A stretch of 52,286 nucleotides of DNA, counting the filler, from Squatina squatina (taxonomy: Eukaryota): assembly GCA_031763465.1 (NCBI GenBank). It is 3 parts of 3 records of this genome, joined end to end, with 100 filler letters (N's around TTAATTAATTAA, not from the genome) between each part and the next. Parts side by side here need not be neighbours in the genome. Positions count along the whole stretch, not along the records: positions 1 to 19,408 come from JARFOE010000013.1; 2 more parts are not named here. The stretch is one strand, 5' to 3'. The notes beneath the pieces were generated by a model, which made no database searches, was not told where the DNA came from, and saw only the letters and a list, made by a program, of their open reading frames with translations. This document shows, in pieces, positions 1 through 11,548 of this stretch (its first letter is position 1; every line of letters starts with the position of its first letter). The position numbers were made by a program, and so were the translations under genes.

Positions 1-356
1 TTAGAAAGTGAGCTGGGGGTGCGGGGGGGGAAAGAGTAAAATTAAAATTTAAAAAAAAAATGAAAAGGGACAACGGAAAAGGAATTTAATCAAGTGTTTC
101 TGTAGTGTAGGCTGAATATTACAATAATAAAGTCACTCCTAATATTTGAGTAGTTACATTACTGCAATAATGTTTGTTTCAAGCAACAAGAGCTGGAAAC
201 TTAATCAGCCAACCCAGGAAGAGTTATTTCCCTGGACCTGCTGGTAGTCTAAAGGTTAACACTTAAAATGTGAAGAAAAATGAAACAAAACACTGCACCT
301 TGTGGTTAAAAAGATACAAGAACAATAATTGAAGAAGAAAACCAAACACGACTCAC

Positions 357-452
357 CTCAAAGCCTTCAATGAATTATTTGTTATCGATACACAAGATGT
401 GAGATCCAGGTTTTTCAGTTTAGTGCAGAATTTACTAAGGCTGACGCAAGTG
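357..452 (-). CDS. FBXL2: FBXL2 internal exon (LRR region), 96 bp
   Basis: Translates (S)TCVSLSKFCTKLKNLDLTSCVSITNNSLKAL(S), matching FBXL2-family LRRs; AG acceptor and GTGAGT donor; frame continues from exon 526-594. Confidence 0.92.
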
Positions 453-525
453 CTGCAAAGGAAAAGAACCACTCATAATGTTGTTCACCTTGCAAATCAA
501 CCCAATTTAAACACATTTTACTTAC

Positions 526-594
526 CTATCATTAATTTTTGTGCAACCATTGAGATTTAAATCTTCAATATTCTTACAGTTCTGTGCAAAAGTC
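526..594 (-). CDS. FBXL2: FBXL2 internal exon (LRR region), 69 bp
   Basis: Translates TFAQNCKNIEDLNLNGCTKIND(S); TAG acceptor and GTAAGT donor; 73-bp intron to the next exon. Confidence 0.92.
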
Positions 595-1226
595 CTAAAG
601 GAATAAAAAAACAAGTTGCTGATCAAAATATTTAAATACAAAATCAAAGCATTCTGAAAAATATATATCCTCTCCTGTAAAGTAGCTTTTCTGNNNNNNN
701 NNNNNNNNNNNNNNNNNNNNNNNNNNNNNNNNNNNNNNNNNNNNNNNNNNNNNNNNNNNNNNNNNNNNNNNNNNNNNNNNNNNNNNNNNNNNNAAACAAA
801 ACTAAACAATGTATACAACTGGGATGGATCAACTGGCTGACCAAAATGACTCCAGCATGGTATGAATCATGGGACAGTGTCTTGAGTGTTTACCTCTCTC
901 TCGCCATCCAATTGGATGGCAGAAAATTCATCTGAATATGGAAACTGAACTAAGAAACGGTCAATATATTCAGATTCAAGACAGCATTCTGGCTTAGTGT
1001 ATCGTTGCTAGAATAATGGAAGGCCACAAACCTTAGGCCAAAGCAAATTTAGGTCAGAAGAGCATATTCAGCCCTAAAAATATGAAACCACATAGTTAGT
1101 TTACTAATACATTTATTGAATGGAAGTGACAAATTATGCATCTGATCATTTGAATTACCAATCCTATAATTTTAAATTAATTTGTTTTAGTATAATTAGC
1201 ACAATGATAAATATTTTGCTCCTTAC

Positions 1227-1301
1227 CTCTATGTCTGTCTGAAAATTAAACAAGTCAATCCTCTGCCAGTTGCTGCCATCCAATGCCAAGATATTCCATG
1301 C
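1227..1301 (-). CDS. FBXL2: FBXL2 exon (end of F-box), 75 bp
   Basis: Translates AWNILALDGSNWQRIDLFNFQTDIE; the NIL and NFQT residues fit FBXL2 rather than FBXL20 (NVL, DFQR); CAG/GTAAGG boundaries. Confidence 0.93.
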
Positions 1302-1707
1302 CTGTAAAATAATTGATAAGAGCAATTAATGTATCCTTGACAGTGCCACCTCAACATCAAAATAAATAATCTCATGGGTACTCCAGCACATGGTTTCGGA
1401 TGTTTATCGTGGTCATGCACATTACAAAATATGCTTAAAATGCAAGTAGCTGTTCTTCACTCTCTGAAGCCTCTATTTATTTCNNNNNNNNNNNNNNNNN
1501 NNNNNNNNNNNNNNNNNNNNNNNNNNNNNNNNNNNNNNNNNNNNNNNNNNNNNNNNNNNNNNNNNNNNNNNNNNNNNNNNNNNGTTTTGTACAAAACATG
1601 TTGGAAGGTCAGTGATGGTCTGATAATAAACTGGTCCCCAGTTATGAGCTAAACTACCAGTATACCAAAAGCTTTCATGACAAAGATTATATCCAAAGTG
1701 AATCCAC

Positions 1708-1765
1708 CTTTTCTCCTTGTAGATGCTGACAGACCTGCTGTCTATTTCTAACATTTTATGTTTTT
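1708..1765. mobile_element. Penelope-like element terminal fragment
   Basis: AGATGCTGACAGACCTGCTG...CATTTTATGTTTTT resembles the common shark Penelope-associated end; related reverse copy near 28080-28110. Recognised from memory only. Confidence 0.45.
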
Positions 1766-2112
1766 CCACCAAAAGCATTATTACACAGAACAGGAAAAAC
1801 ACTTTCAAACTGAAATGCATCATCGGGGCTTATGCATGGCTTCCTCTTTCAGCAATAGAATTGTTATACAAACTACTCAACTGTTTCACCTTCCCAATGT
1901 TAAAAAGTTGAAGTTATGGTAAAAAAAATGAATTAACCAACAAATTAGTGCCTTCATGAAGTGACAATTTCAGTTATTTCAATTGCAAGCAATTACTACA
2001 AACAATGTTTGGTGTATAATAGTAAAATGCAAAATATCACCCAGCTATTTGTCAACACATTTTAGCTCAGATGATTATAACAACAAAGCAACTAAAAAGT
2101 ACAATACTGTAC

Positions 2113-2167
2113 CTTGGAAACCTGAGCACACCGACACAGAGTGACAACATCCAAGAAGGAAAATATT
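2113..2167 (-). CDS. FBXL2: FBXL2 F-box exon, 55 bp
   Basis: Translates (R)IFSFLDVVTLCRCAQVSK; TAG acceptor and GT donor; joins in frame to exon 1227-1301. Confidence 0.92.
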
Positions 2168-2427
2168 CTATAAAAACAATAAAAATACAATATATTACAA
2201 AATTGCAGCCAACAGTTGGACTGGAATAAGAAACACTTGTCAAAGAAAAAGTAGGTACAGTGATCTTACTAGAGATCCTATTAAAAATACTGTTGTATTA
2301 TGAATAACCATTAAGTTATCGTACAAGNNNNNNNNNNNNNNNNNNNNNNNNNNNNNNNNNNNNNNNNNNNNNNNNNNNNNNNNNNNNNNNNNNNNNNNNN
2401 NNNNNNNNNNNNNNNNNNNNNNNNNNN

Positions 2428-2949
2428 AGACTTGGAAATTAGTCTGGTGGCCATCTACTGCACCCTTTCCAGGGCTTCAATATCATCCACCATGTGAGGA
2501 GACCAAAACTGGACACAGTATTCCAAGTGCGGCCTAACTAAGGTCTTGTACAAGGACAAAGCCATATGTCTCGTCTTATACTTAATTGTCCTACAGATAT
2601 ACCCCAACACCCTATTTGTTAGCTATCGCTACACGACATTATTCATGCACCTTTATGCACTAGAATGCCCAAATCTCTTTCTACCTCCACCATCTTTAAT
2701 GCCTTTCCCTGAAATGTGAATGAAGGTTGAGCATTTGCCCCGCCCACATGCATAACACTGCACTTATCTAAGTGATACATCATTTTCCAGTCTTGAGCCC
2801 AATCTCCTAACACATTAAGATCTGCCTGAAGTAGCCGAGCATCTTCTACAGTTCGAACACTCGCACAGATCTTGGTATCATCTGCAAATTTGCAAATTAT
2901 GCCCCCACCCCCAAAATCCAGATCATTATTAAAAATAGTAAAAAGCAAC
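2428..2949 (-). mobile_element. CR1-clade LINE reverse transcriptase fragment
   Basis: ORF 2643-2948 contains LFTIFNNDLD...KFADDTK...LQADL...ERDLGILV, the RT catalytic region of CR1 ORF2. Confidence 0.9.
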
Positions 2950-3049
2950 NNNNNNNNNNNNNNNNNNNNNNNNNNNNNNNNNNNNNNNNNNNNNNNNNNN
3001 NNNNNNNNNNNNNNNNNNNNNNNNNNNNNNNNNNNNNNNNNNNNNNNNN

Positions 3050-3974
3050 CCTACCTTTGCCAATTTGATTTGTCCAGTTTATATGAAGATTAAAGCCCCC
3101 CATGATTATTGAATTACTTTGGTTACAAACTCCTACTATTTCTTCATAAGTATCTGTCCAATGGTATAGCTGCTGTTAGGGGGCCTATGTGCTACTCCCA
3201 CCAGTGTTTTCTGCCCCTTGTTATTCCTCATCTCCACCCATACTGATTCTACTTCCTGATCATCCGAGCCGAGATCCGTTCTCTCTACTGTCCTTATGTC
3301 ATCCTTTATTATCAGGGCTAGCCCGCCTCCTTTTCCAATCTGCCTGTCTTTTCAAAATGTCAAGTACCCTGGAACATTTAGTTCCCAAACTTGGTCACCT
3401 TGCAACAACGTCTGTGATGGCTATTAGATCAAACCCATTTGTGTCACTGGTTCATCTATCTTGTTACAAATGCTTTATGCATTCAGATAAAGAGCCTTTA
3501 ATTTAATTTTTTTACCATTATTCCCTGCCTTGACCTTATTCTCTGCTGCACTGCTGTTAAACTCTCTGTCCCTTCCTGTCACACTTCTTTTTTTTTACCC
3601 AAGTCACTACACTGCTCCATTGCATTGACCTTTCTCCTTAGATTTCTAAATTTCCCCTCACCTGACCGCTCCCCCAACCATTTTTTAGTTTAAAGCCCTA
3701 GCTACAGCCCTAGTTATTCGATTCAGCGGACTCTGGTCCCAGCCTGGTTTCAGTGGAGCCTGTCCCGACGGAACAGCTCCCTCTTTCGCCAGTACTGGTG
3801 TCAGGGGCACATGAATTGAAACCACTCTTTGAGCCATGCATTGAACTCTCTCATCTGCCTGACCCTATGCCAATTTGCTTGTGGCTCAGGCAGTAATCCA
3901 GAGATTATTACCCTTAAGGTTTTACTTATTATTTTGGACCCGAGCTCCTCAAATTCCCTCAGCAGAACCTCATT
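3050..3974 (-). mobile_element. CR1 LINE fragment: ORF1 SGNH/esterase domain and start of ORF2 endonuclease, decayed
   Basis: EFEELGSKI...RVIISGLLPEP...REFNAWLKEW (CR1 ORF1 esterase) and GGFNLHINWTNQIGKG (APE endonuclease GDFN motif); paralog on + strand at 32603-33300. Confidence 0.85.
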
Positions 3975-6900
3975 NNNNNNNNNNNNNNNNNNNNNNNNNN
4001 NNNNNNNNNNNNNNNNNNNNNNNNNNNNNNNNNNNNNNNNNNNNNNNNNNNNNNNNNNNNNNNNNNNNNNNNNNTTTGATCTAATACTATCTTTAACTTC
4101 TCTTGTTTGCCACGGTTGGACCACTTTAAGCAGAAGAACAAGATCAAAGCAAAGTGAGACTTCCTAGATGACCGAGTCTCAGGGAACTTTCCTTTAGAGT
4201 TAGTTCAGCTGTTAAAAGCTGAGTTACACTCAAAGTGTAATATCAGTGCCAAGCGGTTTCATCTTAACACCAATCTAAACTTGAGGAGTGTGAATGCCCT
4301 GTAAAACTCACAGTGGCCACTTTTATTTTCTAGTATCTGGTCTTCCTTGATGTCTGGTGGGCTGAGGCAGGAAGGATGCATGTTGCACCTTTACCATTGG
4401 TGCACTGTGCCTTCGGCAGTGCTGAGAGAAAAGTACCTCACTTACATTGCAGTCTCAGACCTCTGCCACAGGTGGCACTGTAACATAAATACAGCATTAG
4501 ATAAAGACTACGGAACATCAATATTCTGTGAGGTGATTGATACTTTAAGTGAACATTTACTCAATGGGTTAACAGAATTTAGAGCAGCTTTCACTCTCAG
4601 GCTTTGCCTGTTGTTTTTTGAAACAGACAGGAAAACCCAATTGCACTAATAAACCGTGAAGAAGCTACACAATTTAAAATTGAAACAAGATTTGTTTCTA
4701 TTTCTCTTGTTAAGTATTACGCTAATACAGCTGTTTCTGTGAATATTGCTGATGCAGCCATTAAATCTTGCTCCAAGTCCCTGTGGGAATAAGTCCACCT
4801 ATAAGCAGCTAAGAAGGCCTGAAAGCCAGAGATTTCCAGTAAACCTCATTCTAGGATGTTAATTGGCTATACCACCTCCATATTTGTCCACCATCATGTC
4901 ACACAAGTGTGTAGCTCTGAGAACCTGATTGACTCAATATGGCCCTACCACTCAATGGCACATTGACTACGAAGACTGTGAAAAACATAGGCGCAAACAA
5001 GAGAAAGAAAGAAAAGCAGAGCACCTGATTATTTGTTGCTCAATTGGNNNNNNNNNNNNNNNNNNNNNNNNNNNNNNNNNNNNNNNNNNNNNNNNNNNNN
5101 NNNNNNNNNNNNNNNNNNNNNNNNNNNNNNNNNNNNNNNNNNNNNNNTTGCTCACTTTTTAATATATATATATTTTTTAAAATACTTCATTTGTCTCTTG
5201 TTATGGGCTTTTAGGAGATACTTCTATATTCAGGACTTCTGATGTGGTTGTGATTTAATTATAAAATATTCGCTTTGGCCAAGAATAAATGAGAATCTTT
5301 TAAGATGTTCTCCCACTTTCACTGCTTTTGTTTCGTGCTTCTTTGAAATATGGCAGTGGACGAGGGAAGGAGCAAAACCAGAATTTTACACTTTGATGGC
5401 TTTGTCTTTGATATCTTGACAGCAAAAGGCTCACAATTGCTTTTATATACCACAAGCAGTAACATCGAGCAGCAGGCAAGTGCCTCAGTGCATTTGTGTT
5501 TAACTGCAGAAGAAAAAGTGGTGATGGGCAGCATGGGTTCTTATCAGTTTTCTAATCCCAGATCCCAGAATACCTTGAGGGCACATCTCAGATCTAGGTA
5601 AAATCATTGTAGACTCTCCCTGTTTGTAGATATGCTATGTATTCCTGACTCCAGTGAAAATTTTGTGAGCTGACAGTGCTTCCTGTTTTAAATTTCTCTT
5701 CTGACGTTTTAGCATTTGCTAAAGGCAACCCATTCGACCCTGTTCATTTTAAAGTCAGCAGCATACACTCACTTGTGGCAAATCTGGAACTTTCTGGACA
5801 GCAGCATGAGTTAAAAAATTAAGATAAATAACAGAGATGCCAGTTTGCTGGAGAAATGTAATCCCAGTGGAAGTCGTTTTCAAACACTAAATGTCACACT
5901 GCATTGCATACCATCGTCTAATAGTCTTGATTTTAAACTTGACTGCCTTGTGTGCTAGCTAAATTTGGAATTGGTTTTAGTGTGTGTACACTTGNNNNNN
6001 NNNNNNNNNNNNNNNNNNNNNNNNNNNNNNNNNNNNNNNNNNNNNNNNNNNNNNNNNNNNNNNNNNNNNNNNNNNNNNNNNNNNNNNNNNNNNNNNNNNN
6101 NNNNNNNNNNNNNNNNNNNNNNNNNNNNNNNNNNNNNNNNNNNNNNNNNNNNNNNNNNNNNNNNNNNNNNNNNNNNNNNNNNNNNNNNNNNNNNNNNNNN
6201 NNNNNNNNNNNNNNNNNNNNNNNNNNNNNNNNNNNNNNNNNNNNNNNNNNNNNNNNNNNNNNNNNNNNNNNNTATAGAAATTATGACATGTTAAACCATT
6301 TTTATAATGCAAATTATGCAGAGAGTCATGCTGAGTATCATTGCTGTTCTGCAGTCAGTAAAAATTAATAAGTGTGTCAGGTTCCTTGCTATAGTAGGCA
6401 GTTATGAAGTATAATACACACATTAATAAGGGTTTACACCAGAGTTAATGTTTCAGTCATGCTATAATGTAATCTATTAAACGTATATTCCTAATGCCAC
6501 AAAAAGACAGACTATCACTTATCTTAGAAAAGACCAATTAGTTTGCAATTGTAAGCATGCTGCTAAATTTACTAGAAAACCATTATTAATCTACAGGGCA
6601 TTAGTGTAAATTATTCTGTGAAATAGTTTTTATTTTCCTGTACCCCATTTCATCGGAGTGTGTAAGGATGAAAAATGTGATCTGCGCTCTGCATTTTTTG
6701 CATTTGGTTACCATCTTTCTTTCAACCTAATAACACTTAAAATTGTGTTAGAAATTCAAAAGGGGTATTTAACACACTGTTTAATTAACTGAGTGTGACC
6801 ATGTAAATTTCTGTGTCCTGCATTTGATTGTTTTGCAAAATCTTTTTAAAAACACGTAGCTGGAAAAGCATGTTTGGTGCTTTAGAAAGTAAATTTAACA

Positions 6901-9900
6901 CTTCCCCCCCCCCCCAAAAAAAAGTGCCACTCCTCAGTTATGATTGATTTGAGACTATTCCAATGCTTACAATGACCCCTTCTAAACACCTTTAAGATAT
7001 TTGACTCTGTAAGCATTGTCGTTATGAATTATGTTTAGTTTACACAGCTTGAGCCTGGATTTTGCTGATGTTACTGACTGTAGATCGCAGCTCCATCATT
7101 TGTATGGACCTAATACTGCATCAGACAGAACTCACTTCATTTAAAAAGGTTATGAAGTGCTCTATTGTACTGTTGTGTTTTTTTAAATGCCCTCAAGAAT
7201 GTAGTTATCCATATGATAAACTATTCTGTAAATCTTCTATCTAACATGACTCGCTGACTTCTGAAAGCCTACACAATAAAAAAATTTGGTATCTTTGATT
7301 AAGCATAATTGTGAAAGCATTACTTTTGTAGATTGATAACCAGAAAGATAAATTGTTTTAAACCCTCCTCTTTTAAGAACTTAGATGTTTGGTTGTGATT
7401 ATTGTGTTTTAAGGTGATTCGGTTTTCTCATTGTGATACTTTGAGCAATGCAGCTACTCAACCAGTAAAAATGTGCCAAAAGATCGTGAGTCTGTGATCT
7501 AAGCTGCATGCAGTGCAGTTTTTTGACAAACTTCCAATTTTTTAGACATTTCTGTGTAATTAGAAGTAGCCATAAGAATTAAGAAAAGGTCCCTAGATGC
7601 ACTGTTGTGTTTATTAAATCGTCTCTAATTGACCAATTTTTTGTGAATGAAATTATGAAAGCTTGTTTGTCAGGATGGTTGCAGTTAGCTCTCAAACTCT
7701 GAACTTGTCTGCAATGCTGTCAGCATTTGTTACATTTGCTAAAGTTTGCAATTCGTGTGAAATGTAGCGATTCTCCAATTATCCTTCCAGTATAAGGTAA
7801 AAACAATTGACCTCTCTACCTCTCCTGCTCCTGCTTTGTCGTAACCTTGCAACTCTCCACTGAGACAACCGATGAGGGCTGCAAGGTTTGGCAACTCCGA
7901 GTCAGATAGCAGCTGCCCTGCTAAGAGAAGATGCTGCCGGTAACCTCGCCCGTACACAAGTGAATGGGTAAATAGAGAAGTGATTTACCCAGCAATCGGG
8001 CTCCAGCTGCTGCTAAACAGCTCCAATAAACCATCAAACTAGCCATTCCAAGTGATGAAAGACAGGCGCATTGTGATGAGGCACAACACAATTCTAACAA
8101 AATGCATTGCACAGATCCCTGGAAATTTGATTTGCAAACATCTTCCTCCTTTCCTACATCTGCCCATCGCCGAAACACAAGTAAAACAGAGCACACTTCT
8201 GGTAGGTAGCCAAACCCACAAATCCACAAGAACATTAATTCTCCTTTATTGAATACTTAAGATGGATTTAAAGAGGAAATAAAATTATAAATTAAATCCA
8301 CTAAAATATCCTTAAAGTTGGCACTGGAATGTTTCTTTACCACAAGCAAATGATACAGCATTACAGTGATCCATTTCCATCAGACAACTAGAAACATAAC
8401 CTCATTTCGCATGCACAGCCCATTATTACCTCGTACGATATTCAGCATCCTCTGTTTGGAGGCTAGAATTTAAGACAGCATAACAATTAAAAAAGTGTTT
8501 GCATTTTTTTTAAATCTGCGTAAAAAATAATGATTAGGACATTACCTTCAGGTGATGCTGATCACAGGCACAGAGTATTCCCGANNNNNNNNNNNNNNNN
8601 NNNNNNNNNNNNNNNNNNNNNNNNNNNNNNNNNNNNNNNNNNNNNNNNNNNNNNNNNNNNNNNNNNNNNNNNNNNNNNNNNNNNCAGGTATTGCGGTGGA
8701 GTCACTTCATCGATATAGCATGTAGTTGGTGAGGTGTGTAGTACCCAGCTGGATTTTATCAAAAACTCGTGGAAACTGGTTAAGTGAAAACAGAAATATG
8801 TCAAATTGGCCTTGGCATTACAATATTGTTCATATTTATAGATACTTAATTTTCATTGTAAACTAGACTTGCAATTTGGTTTTGTAGTTGGTGATTATGG
8901 CCACCCGAAGAAATTCAAATGCTTTCTGAAAATGTAGTGGAGACATGGCCTAACATTGCAATTGAGCTGTTTTAATGGTTTTTCTTCTTAAAAGAATGGT
9001 AGTGTAGATAAATATGTAGCAGTATAGAATGCCAGCACTGTAAAATGTTGATTGACTTATAAAAGATTGCAAACATGTGCATCCATCGTGTGTAAGTTTT
9101 ATTTTTAGAGCAGCTTAAAATAGCAATTTTTTTTTCATCAGCAAGCATTTAGTCATTCTCCAGTAATAGTACAGGTGTAATAGGTTTAAGCTTGTCAATA
9201 AATCCCAATATCATTTCTTAAGTACTGAAAAAAATCTTTGGTCATTGTGATCTGTTGCACTGTTCTTGATGTGAAAAAGTTTTAAACAGAAATGATAGAA
9301 ATTCTGATTTTAATGTCTTAAAACATTTTTGTGGTTGCATGTTTTGTAGAATGGCCCTTTAACTATCTAATTGATAGAAGAAGTACTATGTGAAGACAAT
9401 GGCTTGAGTTAATTGCAGCAATGAAGCTTATTGTACACGTTGAAATCAAAAATTGTGTTAGAGGAAAACTGTGATTGCCATCAGTGTGTAGTTCTGGGCA
9501 TGTTAAATGTTTCAGGCACTGATCTCTTATCCTTCCAGCTTGGATAGCTTGGTAATTACTTGTCGGTAATACTTGAGTAATGACTGCAGTATGGTGGAGC
9601 ACTGTATGAAACAAGGAGGGTGAGTAATTAAAAGTGTTTTGATTTCCAGCCAGTGTTTAATATTTTATAGGAATGTTGAAATACTTCCTGCAGTGTTTCC
9701 TGCCATTGTAATGTTTGTTAAAGGTTGCTGGTTATTGTTGCTTAAATGGTGTGTACAGAGGAAGTCTTAATTGAGGGAGAANNNNNNNNNNNNNNNNNNN
9801 NNNNNNNNNNNNNNNNNNNNNNNNNNNNNNNNNNNNNNNNNNNNNNNNNNNNNNNNNNNNNNNNNNNNNNNNNNNNNNNNNTCTCTTGTTTGGATAATAG

Positions 9901-10935
9901 CGTATTCATTTGTATGCGGAGGTTGAACTGCATTCAAAGAATAAGTAAGATCATACCCAAAGCGGTATTCCTGCTATAGAGAGGGGGACTTGATGGGTGA
10001 CTTCACCTCTTGCTCTTTGTCATGGTGATGGAGACCTTTTCTGTTGAAACACAAAACAGCTTTAATGTTGCTGGAGTGGTTGACACTGGTTAAGGGCATA
10101 ACCTCTCCCAATACACTTACTTGCTATAGAAATGTCTATTTAGCCAGGTTGCTGAAAGCACTGCTTGATTACACCTTAAACTAGAACAAGAGTGAAGCGC
10201 AGATTGCCTTTGATATAGTGCTAGGCATCAACTGCTCTAACTTTTCTTGTCATTGGAGGCTGAAGAGCTTTAATTTTATATACCACTTAATATTGCCGTG
10301 ATCTACAAGACACTGTAAGATCAATATCTTGCTGCAGCTGAATAATATCCGCAGTAAAAACAGTGGTGAGCCCCAAAATAAATTGTTTTCAAATGGTTTT
10401 TGTACCCATCCCGTCGAATTTTCCAAGAATACTAACTAACATATAAATAAGGACATTTAAAAGACAGAATCAGAAAGAAAATATACCATCCTGATATTTA
10501 ACTCGACTTGTCTCCCCTCCTCAATAATCTGTTCTACTTGCCTTTCCAGCATTCAGCTATATTTTATCACATATAAAATGGGGGGCGGGGCAGTGGAGGG
10601 GTTCCAATTGTGGGTTGGTGGGGTGGCGGGGGAAAAGCAGAATTGCTTGGTAGGCCTGGGGGAAGCACTCCTCCTCCCAGCCCACAAGCAGTGCTGGAAA
10701 GGCATTTACCTGTTGGATTCAGCCATTCGCGCTTCCAATCAGCTGTTGGTTTCCTGAGGCCTGGGAAACTCGGCTGGCCAATGTTAAACCTGAAACAGAG
10801 GTAAAATCTGAGGCACGCAGCTTCGTTAATATATTTACGAGGGATCAGCCTCTGGAGAGCACGTTAGTCGCCCCGCCCCCAAACTGCCTTCATTAAAACT
10901 GGTAGTTGGAAACTGGTTGGGTCGAGTTTTCCATT

Positions 10936-10982
10936 AACATAGAAACATAGCAGATAGGAGCAGGAGTAGGCCATTCGGTCCT
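10936..10982 (-). mobile_element. CR1/HER1-type 3' tail at contig edge
   Basis: AACATAGAAACATAG...AGGAGTAGGCCATTCGG is the reverse complement of the tail seen at 31095-31141 and 38340-38386. Confidence 0.8.
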
Positions 10983-11129
10983 NNNNNNNNNNNNNNNNNN
11001 NNNNNNNNNNNNNNNNNNNNNNNNNNNNNNNNNNNNNNNNNNNNNNNNNNNNNNNNNNNNNNNNNNNNNNNNNNNNNNNNNNAGATATTTTACTGGACCA
11101 ACCATAACCCATTGTGGCGACAAGAGGCA

Positions 11130-11548
11130 AGTGATTCACCTCCTGACCTCCCAAGGCCTTTCCACCATCTACAAGGCACAAGTTAGGAGTGTGATGAAAT
11201 ATCCTCCACTTGCCTGGAAGTACAAGATCTGCAAGATGCACTGCACCAACTCAGCAAGACTTCTTTGACAGCACCTCCCAAACCCATGACCTCTGCCACT
11301 TAGAAGGACAAGTGCAGCAAGCGCATGGTAAGACCACCAATCCAAGTTCTCCTCCATCCTGACTTGGAAATATATCGCTGTTCTTTTATTGTCACTGGGT
11401 TAAAATCCTAGAACTCCCTACCTAACAGCACTGTGGGAGAACCTTCACCACACTGTCCGCATTGGTTCGAGAAGGTGACTCACTGCCACCTTTACAATGG
11501 CAACTCCGGCGGGGCAATAAATGCTTGCCTTGCCAGTGGCACCCACAT
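11130..11548 (+). mobile_element. Non-LTR retrotransposon 3' portion (CR1-group, subclade uncertain)
   Basis: Reads HLLTSQGLSTIYKAQVRSVMKYPPLAW, a post-RT LINE motif (YKAQVRSxMEY), followed by decayed 3' sequence ending in an A-rich tail. Confidence 0.7.

Noticed and set aside
357-2167. FBXL20 instead of FBXL2
   Set aside because: DVVTL and LKALS are FBXL20-like, but AWNIL, LFNFQTD, LDLTSCVSITN and VSK favour FBXL2; a tree would settle it.
5952-6368. Long ORFs spanning N runs (also 47108-48062 and many others)
   Set aside because: Open only because N codons contain no stops.
8685-8700. CAG|GTATTG as the donor of GLI3 non-coding exon 1
   Set aside because: Lies at a gap edge with no exon sequence visible; unsupported.
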